Shown here: positions 1 to 12,843 of the stretch, one piece after another | How positions within the stretch are numbered: position 1 is the stretch's first letter | Layout: the number at the start of each line of letters is the position of its first letter | DNA from: Bigelowiella natans CCMP2755 | Lineage: Eukaryota > Protista > Cercozoa | DNA: 41,525 nucleotides | NCBI GenBank assembly: GCA_000320545.1 | Contig: ADNK01001404.1 | Coordinates: 1 to 41,525 of the forward strand | Direction of reading: 5' to 3' | The notes under the pieces: model-generated | The model's database searches: none | The model's input: only the letters and a program-made list of their open reading frames with translations | What the model was told of the DNA's origin: nothing | Position numbers and translations under genes: made by a program

Positions 1-238
1 TGTGTTACAGTAAGCGGGGGTCAGCATTTGCGCTCTCTTTTTCTCTTCCCTTGAGATTCTTCACCCCCCCTCTGCTCCTCCTCCTCGGTTTTTCCTTCCC
101 CTATCTTCCTACCTCCTCTGTTATCATTATTGTTGTTGTTTTTGTTGTTATTGCCTTAGTTTTGAGCTCATCCGCTTGCTCCTTCAGGAGTGCTAGTTGG
201 GTCTATTACAGCAGATATACAACGCAACACATCGCAAC

Positions 239-278
<40 letters not shown>

Positions 279-289
279 TGTATCTTCAA

Positions 290-326
<37 letters not shown>

Positions 327-1548
327 TATATTTATATTCAATACTACTCTACCTGTAAATCTTCTTTCTCGCCTTTCGCCTCCATTTGATCCTTCAAAAT
401 GCCCTCGCGCTGTTGTATTGTCACAGGAGGAAAAGGGGGGTGGGGAAGCTTGTATCACATGCACGGTACATGTGGGAGGAATACAACGATGACGACAATA
501 GCAGTACTTTCTCAGCGATTCTGCTAAGCTGACGGTTGTAGCCTTTCTTTGCTTCCTGTGAAGGGGGGGAGGTTAGGATTGTTAGGCGATACGTCTCTAA
601 TTCATCCCGACGCCGTATGGTGTGAGTTCATCATGCCGAGTAGAGAGGAGCTTCATCACCACAAGCAATATCGACGACATGTGACGAATTGACAATGACG
701 TATTGATTTATTGCGGATCTTTGAGATGCTAATGAGCAGACAATCGCTCGGCATTGCAGCGGACCGATAGTCACCGATAGTAACCGATAGTCATTCTGTG
801 GGGTGGCGATGGTCTCTCTCTCTCCACCCTTCTCTCTCTCTCTCTCTCTCTCTCTCTTGGCAGCAGTCATCGTCGTCGTTGTTTAAGCATCATCATCATC
901 ATCATCATCATTATTATCATCAGTAGGGTTGTCATCACATTGATCTCCTCGTCGCAAACAGCGATGGCCTTCCTATGTGATTCTAGCCCCTTCGTCTTCT
1001 GCTCGAGCTGCAGCTTCAGGCCTTCAACCTGTCGTTGTTCTCGTTCTTAGTTTTTTCGCTGCTGCTTCGAGATTGTGCTGTTATTTCACAGGCTTGTGTA
1101 TTCAATCCCCCTCCCCCTCTCTTCCAAGCCCTCCTCCCCTCCTCCCCCTCCTCCTCCTCCTCCTCCTCCTCCTCCTCCTCATTTTCCTCATATCCGTTTT
1201 CCTCCTCCATCGCGTTGTTTTGCTTGTTGCTGTTTCCCTTCTTGTTTGCTGTAAATTAGAGACTACTACATCTTCTTCTTCTTCTTCTTCTTCTTCTTCT
1301 TCTACCTCCATTTCAAGCTCGATGGCCTCCGTCTCTAATGTTTCCCTCTTGGCGCTCACATCCTTCGTCTCTCGCTGACATATCGTCCATCATCATCATC
1401 ATCATCATCATTGTCATAGATATTCACGTTCTTGTCGTGTGTAGTGGTCCCACCTCGATCGCTGCCGCAATATCTGCCTCCTCCTCATCTGTGTGCTTCC
1501 TGTCAACCTGTGCGAATGAAAGAGCTGGGGGATGAGAGAGGGGGCACC

Positions 1549-1591
<43 letters not shown>

Positions 1592-3025
1592 TCGCACGTT
1601 GTTACACCAACTCTCATCACAAACACTACCTCAGTGTGACCCAGCTTCCTCTCCACTCTTTGCAATGCGGCTGAGGCCTTATCCTCCAGGCGCTGCAGCC
1701 GTTCCGTGTTCTCTTCTATATACCCCTTCTTCTCCGTCACACGCTCCTCCGCGAGCTTCGAGAATCTGAATAACGAATAATACGCAGAAGAAAAGCTCAT
1801 GAGGCGTAGGCGGAGAGATAGAGAGGGGGGGGGGGGGGGAGAGAAATCGTCACAGAAATTCCCTTAAATCTCTATATTCTGTCGTTCTCATTGGTGTATA
1901 TTGAAAAAAAAAAAGCGCATCGTACACGTGCGCCACTTCCTGCAGGCCCCCCAGGGAGGAAGCGATTGCTGCGGCTTTGGTGGCGTCGAGAACTGCACGA
2001 GCCTCTGCAGCTTTCCTCCCCTCCACAGCAAGACGATTGGCCTCAGCTTTGAGCTCATCGAGCTCCTGCGAAGAGGTGGTTGAAAATGAATAGCTCAGAG
2101 CAGCGTTAAGGGAGATTATGATGATGATGATGATAATGATGATGATGATTAGGATGATGATGAGATGTAACAAAAATAATCCCATCCATACCTTTGATTT
2201 AGCGTCCGCTGCCTCATAGTCCTCGGCCTCGATCGCTGCGAAAAACGTAAAAGCCGGGGGGGGGGGGGGGGGTTGTTGTTGCATCAGATGATTTACATTT
2301 ATGCAGAGCACGCATAATAGCACGCAGAGCATTATTTCAACTTTTCGCAGCATTCCTTCAGTTTGCTGTACGTCTTTTGGAGCAAATCCATGATGCGTGT
2401 GTGATGCTGATGACGATGATGTCGATGGCTCACCAGCTTCTTCCTCCTTTTGTGCCTTCGCACGCCTGGCTTCTGCCTCCGCGATGCCCTCTCTTGCGCG
2501 TTGTTCCACGGCCTCCAGCTCAGCCCTGATCATCAAACAACCAAAGCAAGAAGAAAGAAGGGAGAAGCATCGCCGTCATTGGCGCACTCAAGCACTATTC
2601 ACCCCCTTGTTCTTCTTCTTCTCCTTATTTTGTTTAATGATACTTCTGCTACTACTACTTCTACTACCACCACTACTACTACTACTACTGCTGCTGCTGC
2701 TACTCACACCACTTACCTATCTTTGTAAAACTTCTGTTTGGCATTGCAAAGCAGCAGGAGAACGTTCGTTAGTCGCCCTGTGCAGGTGAGTAGAGGGGGG
2801 GGAGGAGGAGGAGGATGAGGAGGACATGTCCATCAAGCAATGTTGTTGTTGTTGTTGTTGTACGTTGCTATTTATCGATGACTTATGTGCGAGTAGGTAC
2901 TACAACGAACCGTTGGCGCTCTCGATCATTCTTTCGGTTTTGGATTTAGCTGCTGTAAGTGCAGTATTTCCCGAATCATCACTCGACGTCTTGGCGATGT
3001 TGCTGCCGGTTTCTGTATGATTTGG

Positions 3026-3066
<41 letters not shown>

Positions 3067-3128
3067 TGGAATTCATGCATACACACAATTATAAGAAGGG
3101 GGGGGGGAGGGGAACACACAGCGCGAGA

Positions 3129-3173
<45 letters not shown>

Positions 3174-4960
3174 TGGGGAAAGCATGCAGACGCAGACTAT
3201 GCTATACCTTGTCCTGTGGCGAGTTGGGGTTGCTCATCGCTCTTCGTTGTTTGCCTCTCATGGACTTCTTGTTTTCCTTCTCCATCCCCCTCTCCTCCTC
3301 CCTCCTGCTCATCCTCCGCTGCCTCGCCCCCCACCGTTAGCCCTGCGAACAACTTCCCAGGAACTCCCTCAGCGGTTGGCGATTCCTCGCTTTCGTCCGT
3401 CTTATTGTTGTCAGCCGCTGGCACTGCTGTTGCTGATGTTGCTACTGCTGCCTCATGCGTAGCAGCATCTGCTGTAGCAGGCTCCTTGCCATCGTCCTCG
3501 GTCCCATTCTCCTCCCCCCCTCCGAGGAATGCAAATGCAGAGGAACCCCCAGGCGCCTGGTGGTGGATAGACACGCATGCAATTTACACATTAGAATAGG
3601 AGGGAGCGAAACGAATCAAGGGCGGCCACCATTTGATTTGAATAGGGGGGGGGGGGGTAAAGGCGAAGTGAGAACAAATGAGGGGGGGCAAGAAGGTGCT
3701 ACTTCACGCCTCTGCCGCTACAACAAAAATTGCTTCAAGGAAATGGCAGAGGCTTGATGGAAATGACGAGTCGTTGACAATACTGAAAACAAGGACTATC
3801 GTCGTCCCGCGACATGTGTAGCGAATATGATAATTATGTGCGTCTTATGTGCCATCTTAATCGCAATGGCCCCACCCTACAGGGAAATGTTGCTCATATG
3901 TCATTCTACAATATTATGCTACCGAATCATCGGGAACTTGCTCCCCCGCCGTAGCTGCTCCTTCTTCCCCTCCCCCCCCTTCTTCTGCTGCAACTGCTGC
4001 CCCGCCGTCGTCATTACCGTCATCGCCTCCTAAAGTGATACACCGGTACGCACATGTTTGAACACACACATATTGATTCGAGGAGAAAGAAACAAATAGA
4101 TGATGTCTCCTTATATGCTGCTACCGAGGAAGCCGAAGGCGTCATCTTGCGTTCCAGTCTGGTCTTCATCATCTAGGAATCTGAATATGATGATGGTGTG
4201 TTAAAGACGTAGCAGTGCTAGAATCATCACGTAGTGAAGCTCACCCAAAAGCAGACATGCCCCCGTCATCGCCCCCCGCCCCGCCGCCGCCGCCGCTATC
4301 AGCCTCGCTCGATTGCTTCGCGTCCGCAGTGTTGAGATTCAAGCCACTGAACCAGGAAAACATAGAAGTGACGTTATCAGAATAGAATGTAAGCTGGTGG
4401 AACAACATCATCGTGGATGATACAGCACGGAAGCAGCAGCTAGTGGAGACGTTTGGTGCTGTACACTGTGTCAAGAGCGTTTTATGGAGCACGCTCCATG
4501 CTTATCAATCACTATGGCTGGGAAAGATTTCGGAGAATTATGCTGGGGTATGCATGTGTTAGTGTCTGTGTGTGTGAGAAAGAGTGAGTGTGAGTGTGAG
4601 TGTGAGTGTGTGTGTGTGTAAATTTAGTGGGGCAAACCTGAACATCCCTGGTCCACCGTTACCAGATGTAGCCGGTGCAGCATTTGCCTGCTTATTTTTA
4701 ATCTCGAGCCCGTCAAACATGCCACCTTTCCTGCCATCCCCTCCCGGTTTTGATGAGTCCTTCTCAACTGGGGGTGGCTCGACGGGCGTCGGTTCCCTCC
4801 TTTTCTTCACAGGCGGAGGCTGGTTGCAAAAAGACGACAATTTATTTCTTAATGCCCATTTTCAATCCTAGCACAATTTTAATACTCTCGAGGTACATGC
4901 ATCATCCATCATCACGAAGCACACCTTCTGGGCTCCGAACATCCGGCCAAAGAATGACAT
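1..4960 (-). CDS. Multi-exon coiled-coil protein with disordered FxGL/AFxFL-rich N-terminus and a UVR (UvrB/UvrC)-like motif; 3' end probably outside the window
   Basis: Exon 1 4960-4925 (MSFFGRMFGAQK|gt); exon 2 4819-4638 (PPPVKKR...GMFDGL...GMF). Later exons join in phase: SGLNLN, AFGFLDDED, AFAFLGGG, KLFAGL, and KEEEA|AIEAEDYEAADAKSK|ELDELK (UVR-like). Last exon seen is 202-155 (TQLALLKEQADELKTK). Internal exon boundaries are partly uncertain. Confidence 0.7.
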
Positions 4961-5821
4961 TTTGGCTGCGCTTCTTGTGGTGCTGTCCTAGAGCAGTCGA
5001 CAATCTCTCGATTAGAATTGAGTGATGACCCTCGCTATTACCCTCGTGTGACCGTACAAAGGACTGAAATTAGATTGTTTAAAAAATAAGTACACTCCAT
5101 AAATATGCAGCTTGGGAGATTGTTAAATATGGCACCTTGCGATCCGGAAAGGACTGCTGGAATATTCGCGACCAAATTCGCAAGTTCGACTGATGAGAGA
5201 TAAATACATCAGTTTTTGTACTAGTCAATTCATCTATTCAGGCAATCACAGACAGAGATAAGACCAGAGTGCGGAAGGGGGGGGGAGAGGCAAGTGACGA
5301 TAGCACGACCCACGATTTTCCTGATTTATTGTTCAGACACTACCTTGTGATCTCAAACTATAATTTGGTAAATCTAATGCAAAAAATTAGAATTAATGGG
5401 AAAAATGGTCATTAAATGCTAAAATCAACGGCGCTTAGGATCTATTGAATCCTGGGAGCCGTCGACGTTGGCTGAAACTGCATGTCTCGACAGCCCGAAT
5501 GCAGGACGTTTTCGCGTGATTCCATACTTCATTGGGCACTTTTGACAGATAAATGAATAAGATTTATGGGCTGCGTCTTGTAATAATCTTTGTCGCGAAT
5601 TGGTTATCGAGAATCGTGACGGCACCTCACAGAAGGCACACACGATCACCACTTTCTTCTTGCGGACTTAGGAAGGTAGATGGGTGGGGAATGCCGCTCC
5701 TCATCCAGCTCTTTCCCCTTTTCTCTTTCGCATTTGATGATCATAGTAAGATATAAGGGGACAAGAAACCTGACTCAATTCTTAGGCAGAGTATTCACCG
5801 TGTTGCATCATTTGTGCGCAG
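4961..5821. promoter_or_regulatory. Divergent promoter/5' UTR region shared by the UVR-motif gene and RPN6
   Basis: Head-to-head start codons. A possible 5' UTR intron (GTAGAT 5676 to GCAG 5821) ends right before the RPN6 ATG. Confidence 0.5.
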
Positions 5822-7667
5822 ATGATGGAAGTAGAAGAGAAGGAGACCAAGGCGTCCCTCATGCAACAGAAGCTCGAGGATATCAAGGCGCTGGAGGAAT
5901 CAAATCTGGACAAGGCAATTATTCTAGATTATCGCAATTGCTTTTTTTTCTAATTGTAATGCATTGCGTCACAGGCTATCAAAAGCTACAAGGAACTCAT
6001 TGCAACAGGTTTTTCCCGCCTTATCCAACTTCCCTTTCCAATTGCTGTGATGTTATCGTAATTGTGAGAACTACATAGCGGTGGGAGAGAGGGGTCTTAG
6101 AGGAGTCTCGTGAAATACAGTTTTCTGATCGCGTGTGTATTACAGAGGACCCAGAGCGAGAGATCATCAATGAAAAGACTACTGCAATTTATGCTCTCGG
6201 AGAGTTATATGCGCAAAGAGGGTATGACAATTATATCTTAAGTTGTGGTTGAATCATCCTTATGAGAGGAAATCGCAAACAGGCGCTACGAGGATCTACG
6301 AAACTTCATTGTTGATACAAGGCCGTTCTTTAGCACGATTGCCAAGGCGAAAACTGCCAAGATTTGTAAGCTTACATGCACCACCTTTTCCTCGCCACAA
6401 TCTAATTCATAAGTTTGCGCTTTCTTTCTTCTTGTGAAACCACGACTATTTATTAAAAATGATGCTAACTCCATGATGTCAGTGAAAGAGCTGCTGAACA
6501 TCTTCGCGCAAATCCCTAACACGGAAAAGCTGCAGGCTGAATTCTGCAAGGAGACTATTACCTGGTGTGAGAAAGAGGGGCGCAGTTTCCTCAAGCAGCG
6601 TGTACAGGCTCGCCTAGCAAGCCTTTTGCTTGATATGAAGCAGTATAAGGACGCTCTGGCTCTCATCAATAAGCTGGTGCGTGATGTGAAGAAGATCGAC
6701 GACAAGATTCTGCTGGTTGAGATCTCGATTGTGGAGAGCCGCATACACCTGGCCCTAAAGAACAACCCGAAAGCAAAGGTTTCCTTCTCTCTTTCAATAA
6801 GTTTTTGCTGCTGGGGCGTGAGATGGAGGACTTTTTATTCGTTGGTGAAGACGAGAGTAATTGTTTATGTGTTTTGGTCTGCTCTTACGCCAACAACTGA
6901 TCACCGTCACAATCCAATGATATTGTGCATGAACAATGATCCATACGTTCTACAACAGGGTTCTCTCACCGCGGCACGCTCGGCAGCCAACGCCATCTAT
7001 TGCCCCCCCTCGCTGCAGGCAGAGATTGATATTCAGAGCGGGGTCCTTTGCTCGGAGGAAGGCGACTTCAAGACCGCGTACGAATCATAATTTACTAGCA
7101 GTAACAGCAGCAGTGATTAATTCCACAGCGATGCTAGAGATGATGATGATAATGATGATAATGCTTGCTCTTACTGGTTGTTATTCCATCATGTAGCTAT
7201 TCGTACTTCTTTGAGGGATTTGAGGGTTTTGACACATCGAAAAATTGGGTGAAAGCGAAGCAGTGCCTCAAGTACATGCTGATGGTCAAGATCATGACGA
7301 ATAACTCCGCGGTACTTGGAGATAAAAGGGAATCGGAGGAAGGAGGGGGGGGGGCTTAGAGGAGAGTAAAGGGAAATCCAAGAATTGAGGCTTCCACAAA
7401 TTTAAGTTAAAAAGTTTGTTAAAGTGTACATAAGTCTTATTAATTTATCCCCCCTGCCTTGCTCCTCCTGATGCCTGCTTCAGGACGTGTACAACATAAT
7501 CAACACCAAAGGATCGAGCGACAAATATGCAGGAATTGAGGTAGTAGTAGTAGTAGTAGTAGTAGTAATAGTAGCAGTAGTAGCAGTGTGGGTATGTAGA
7601 GTAAGTAGTAATAATTCCCTGATGTTAACGTACAGGAGGCGGGTGGGTGGGTAGATGAGAGAGAGAG

Positions 7668-7728
<61 letters not shown>

Positions 7729-7810
7729 GATGGAACGGGATGGGAATCCTAAATGCTTGTTGCTGCAACGATACAGCTGCGGCCAATCGGGGCGTCGTAC
7801 ACACCTGTAC

Positions 7811-7842
<32 letters not shown>

Positions 7843-8971
7843 GTGTGGAACACTCACCACTCCATTAGATCCAAGCGATCAAGGCGATTGCGGATGCTCA
7901 CAAGGCGCGTTCCATACACCAATTTGCCGATGTAAAGAAAAAGTACAGCGAAGGTGATTATTATTAACCGTAGACCAGCAGCGAGTGGGAAGCGTATAAA
8001 ACCTGTGTACATAATATACACTGATGATGATGATGATGATGGCGATAATGATGATAACAACCAAGTAGTAGCAGCGCCCAGCCGCCGCATTTCCGAAATA
8101 CGTTATATCGTTGTTGTGCATTTGGTCACTCCGCCCCCCTCCATCACAACACAACCATATCAATCAGTTTTGACGAAGGACTGGTTCATCTCCACCCACC
8201 TCAACGCCTTGGAGGACAACCTGCTCGTGCAGAACCTCCTACGCCTCATCGAGCCGTTCTCCAGGGTTGAGATCGAGCACGTCGCAAAGCTCATCGATCT
8301 TCCCAGGGAGCAAGTTGAAGCAAAGTACGTCGGGTTGTTAAGGTTTAGGGTTTGGTAGGATGACGGGCGTTGTCCGATGGATTAGCAGTAGGACGGTTTG
8401 ATGACAATTCAGTTTTCTAAGCTTCCTGGCCTTTTTCTCGTCGTCGTAGTAGTAGTAGTGGTGGTGGTGGTGGTGGTGCTGGACTTCCTGTGCCTTTGCA
8501 AATGCGACTAGTGCTGGAAAATATATCTGTTGTTGCATGATGGTGACTCATGACCCACTCCTCCTCCCCCTCCTCGTGTAGGCTCTCCGAGATGATCCTA
8601 GAGAAAAAGCTGCATGGAATTCTGGACCAGGGCTCGGGAAATCTCATTCTGTTTGAGGAGGCCTCAGAAGATGTAATTCGAAAATGTTAAAACAATGTTT
8701 ACGTGAGCATGGTTTCTCAAAACTAAATATATTCGCGTATTTGTGCATGTAGCATGTTTATGTATTTGTTTTGTGAGTACCCACTTTTGTTGTTGTTGTT
8801 CTTATTGTACATTTCTTCTTCTCCATGCAAGTCCTTATTCGTTGCAAGATATCAATTAACTGCCAACATTATCACCAGAAAACATTCAAAGCGGGCTTAG
8901 ATACCATTAAAGAGCTAGGTAATGTAGTTGACAAGCTGCAAGCGAAAGCTCAACGAGTTCTTTTGGCATAA
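5822..8971 (+). CDS. RPN6: 26S proteasome lid subunit RPN6/PSMD11 (PCI domain), about 12 exons
   Basis: Spliced peptide contains [92 protein letters not shown] and [17 protein letters not shown]. Ends ...AQRVLLA, TAA 8969-8971. Exon 1 5822-5914, exon 2 5975-6008. Confidence 0.96.
7656..7728. repeat. (GA)n microsatellite, one example of dozens of intronic (CA)n/(GA)n/(TA)n/(CAT)n/(CTT)n tracts
   Basis: Directly visible. Similar tracts at e.g. 243-275, 293-323, 3029-3063, 16104-16197, 22234-22296, 23540-23600 and 27393-27492. Confidence 0.95.
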
Positions 8972-9800
8972 CAGAGCCCACCACTCATCATATGTGGTGT
9001 TTGCGTATGCTTGTGTGTGGGTGTTGGGTGAAAATAAAATATAAGCGATCGTCATCCTACCTAATAGCGAGAATTAGATATTTCGTTCAACGGTAGATGT
9101 ATGAAGATAACAAGTTTATTATTTATTATGTTGTATCCGATACAAGCACATGCATGCACGGCAAAGCATGGCGAATCATCACATGACGCTATCATGGATC
9201 AACTCTTGTATAGCTACAGATAGCGCATCTTGTTGTTGCGTGTAATGTGTCTTGATCATACATTGACTGCGTCCACATTGACGGGTGTAATAATGACGTA
9301 ATTCAATGTTTTTAATTATGGTCATCCTAATCTAGTAATGTAGCTTTGCAAAGCGGCGGCTACAGCGCTTAAGTCGTGTCGATTTGTCTCTGCACGTTTT
9401 CAAGCATTATTTGAATGACTCCGAATTGTCTAGTTGTGTCGATGATGTCGCGCGTTGCGCTACAGTGCGCGCTGCTGTCCGTCCGTACATCTTTTTCGTT
9501 TTTCGTTAAGCGTTTCGTGGCGTCGTTTCTGTTCATCATGATGATGGCTGTCAATTGTCTCTAGCTGTACGATACTCTGAGCTGGCACGTGGAACATTTT
9601 TGGCAGGCTAGCTAGCATGACACGACGTGGCCCATGTCATTGATTGTGTTGCACAGCGCACAGCGTGCTTCAGTTGCAGTGCATTACTATTTTGGCCCCC
9701 TTGACGGTGCTAGAGTGCCAAGATTTCCAGCACCCACAATGCATCTCATCCATTACATGGCGATGCTGGGCAGTTTTAGTTGATCTCCACTGATTGCGAT

Positions 9801-9812
9801 CATGCTAGCATG
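9801..9812. repeat. Palindrome CATGCTAGCATG, copy 1
   Basis: Exact 12-bp self-complementary sequence. Confidence 0.9.
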
Positions 9813-9844
9813 GCGTGCCTGCTAGGCTGGGTGAAAAACCTAGC

Positions 9845-10215
9845 TAGCTAGCTTCTGGTGATAGGCGAGACGTTTCCTCCGAGGTTTATGTTCACGATTG
9901 GTCTCAACCAGCAAATCATGGCTGCTCCGCCACTTCTAAAACAAATTCGTTTGGGGTCGTGTTTGCATCAGCAATGCGGTGGTTTTGATGCGCGGCCAGC
10001 CAGGCCTTCGCACATTCCACTCTCGTCCTGTGCCTGGGAGGGAATGTCTAGAATGTGTGGGAGAGGATGTAAAGAGTGTACGTCATTGGACATGCACCCA
10101 GCTAGCCAGGCATCCCGAGCGTCTTCTTCAGCTCTTAATAAGATTCCATCAGAGAGTCTATTATTCTGCGACTCCCTCTTGTAGGTCTAGATCTCCACAT
10201 TGGTGATGAATGTCG
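9845..10215 (-). pseudogene. Possible decayed coding relic (transposon or gene fragment)
   Basis: One minus frame reads RIIDSLMESY*ELKKTLGMPG*LGACPMTYTLYILSHTF*TFPPRHRTRVECAKAWLAAHQNHRIADANTTPNEFVLEVAEQP*. It is protein-like but broken by stops, and no family is recognised. Confidence 0.25.
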
Positions 10216-10237
10216 ACGTCTGCTGGTGGAGATGTGC

Positions 10238-10249
10238 CATGCTAGCATG
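10238..10249. repeat. Palindrome CATGCTAGCATG, copy 2
   Basis: Exact 12-bp self-complementary sequence. Confidence 0.9.
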
Positions 10250-10804
10250 CCTTGTGCAATTTAATGCGAACATCAATATGGGCACATGGTTTCTCTATAT
10301 CTCCAGCAACATAGCTAGAAAGGCGTAAGTAAGTAATGAGAAGCGTTGCTTTTTTAACATCTTGAGATGAACGTTGTTGTTGTCCTCCTATGTGTGATGC
10401 GTTGACCAAATGTCAAGCCTAAACATTTTCCACTGCGCACTCTTCGCAGGGTTCCCTGGAGATCATGTTGTGAGACGATCAATGCATGAATGCTATGCGG
10501 CGATGAGTCGCGTGCTGTGCGTGCGTGCATGTGGTAGCGCTGGCTAGACGCCATCCTAGCATGGCCATGTATAGCATGCCTAGATAAAGGCCACGATTAT
10601 GCTAATTTTAAATGCATTAATGATTTTGCTTATAATTCTGCTGTGTTTCACAAAGGTACAAACTAATCATGCATTTACGCGCGGCTGGGCTAGTGGCTAG
10701 TGGGGCGCACACTACCACACCGATAGGTTTTAAAATTACGTTACTTCTCGACGGATACCCCTCGATTGCTTTACTACACAGGGGGATTGGATTCTGAGTT
10801 GTCG

Positions 10805-12812
10805 TCATTTGGCGATAAAGCCATCTACTTTGGACATATCTTTTGAGGTTTCTCCAATGTTTTGAGCCTTCCCCGTAGCATCGCGCGACTTACGAGCTTC
10901 AAATAACGATTTGTTTCCTTTCGGTGATAATGACTTCAATCTTATCTCGTGGGCGTCCTGTGGTCATACAAAATCATAAAACCACGAAACGACGACAAAG
11001 AGGGGCCGAGCGAATTCAAGAAATAGAATATACTACTGCTATGTTCATTGTGGCCTCACTAAAGTATGGGCATCTTGCCGTGCTAATGGGTGACTAACCG
11101 TTGCATTTTCTTCGTTACCCTCCAATGCCCCTGGTAGGATTCCACCACCATTGCCGATGTCTATTTGACGTGCTCGTAGAGAAGCAAGATTCATCTCGGC
11201 AGCATTGAGCTGCTTGTATATGACACGCAGAGCTCTCACAAGCTGCGAAACGGAAGTCATTATGGAAGCCTCCTGCATGCAGAGAAATACATATCGTTAA
11301 TTCAGAGAGACATGTGCACCTGCTTTAAAGAGGGAAGAAGCACAACGTCCTCCCCTTCCAAAACCTCGTAATCAACTCTCACCACGCCTCATCAAGCATT
11401 TCTCCCCAGAAACAAATCTCGCGACTACTCCTATATCTGCTATAGTTCCATTAGTCACATCACCGTCGCCTCCACCACCGCCCCTTTTCAGCAAACTACT
11501 AATACTTACTCTAGGAGTGAAACGGGGCTCGGTCTTGGACCATGGCTCGAGCATCAACGAATTCTCATCAAACACATACATGCTTTTGCCCTCTCCATGC
11601 TTGCCGTCTTCCTTCTTCTCTGGGTCGATATTGACTACGACTTGATGCAGCTGCCTCTCCATTTGATCGACGGGAGCAGGCTGCTTGGTCCCCCCGATTG
11701 GGTTGGAGATGACACCCTCATTCCACTTACCGCATGCAAAAACCCATACCTTGCTGCCAAATTTGAGCGATTTGATATTTTTACTTTTGTTGCTAACGCC
11801 CTCGCTATCCTTTGCCTTACCGAACATAATCTCGCTTCTTATGCTCTCTGGAGACATCAAGTCACTGTCTTTAGACAGAACCGTAGCTTCAGCCACCGCG
11901 GCGATGGCCGCTTTATCTGTGCACAACGCCGAGACTAGAGAGTCGAGCCTCTCTAGCGTCATCGGAAAGAGAGGTGTCACGCTCCTCTCCTTCTCCTCCT
12001 CCACATCCCCAGTTGCATCCAGAATTTCAGATAAAGAGTTCGCACGCTTGTTATGAACCCTAAAACTATTGCTGGGGGAGAGAACGGTTTGCAATGCCTC
12101 CCGCGCACGCTCGAGTGCGGCTGTTGTCTCGCGGTTTTCGGCCAGGGCTTTATCGAGTGCCTCCTTGCTCTTCCGTGCCTCAGAGTATCCATCCTTGCGC
12201 ACTTCAGCCAGGCCTTTGAGTTTGTCGCGGGCATCGAGGTACAAGTGCATAATGACACTCAGATCACGCTCAGCTTCAGCCTCGCTGATCTTCTTTTGCG
12301 AACCATTACTGCCGTTGTTGTCCTTAGATTCACTTCCTCCCACCCCCCCGCCCTCGTTTTTGGCAGCTGTGAGGTTAGCAAGTCGACGGGCAAGTGCATC
12401 AGTCTCGAAGTTGCGGCGCTCCTCGGTGGCCTTTTGCGCGCGGTTCATTAGCTCGAGGTCCTCGCGCGCGGTAGCGATTTCGTTGAGTAGGGTCGATTCT
12501 CGTTTCTTGGAATTCTCGAGTTCTCGCTGAAGTTCTGCTAGAGAGGAAGACTCAGACAGCGAAATGGACGATTGGGATGCTGACTTCCCTTTTTCCTCTT
12601 GCTGCTGTAGACCCTTGTTCCCTGCAGCTTCAATCTGCTTTTGATTACTCGTTGATTCATCCTCCTTCCCTTGCTGCTGCTTTAGTTTATCACTTAGCGA
12701 GGCCTTTAGCGCTGCAAGAGCTTCCCCACGCTCCTTTGAGGTATTTCTTTCATGCTCTAGCTCAGCAGTCAAACGAGCCACCTGCTGCTTCAGCCTGTGT
12801 ATGTATATGCGA

Positions 12813-12843
<31 letters not shown>

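Noticed and set aside
51-1674. ORFs with poly-HT, poly-CV, poly-YI, poly-L or poly-S runs (also throughout the window)
   Set aside because: They are translations of intronic microsatellites or antisense frames of real exons.
8337-8358. Telomere-like TTTAGGG
   Set aside because: A single unit inside an RPN6 intron; no array.
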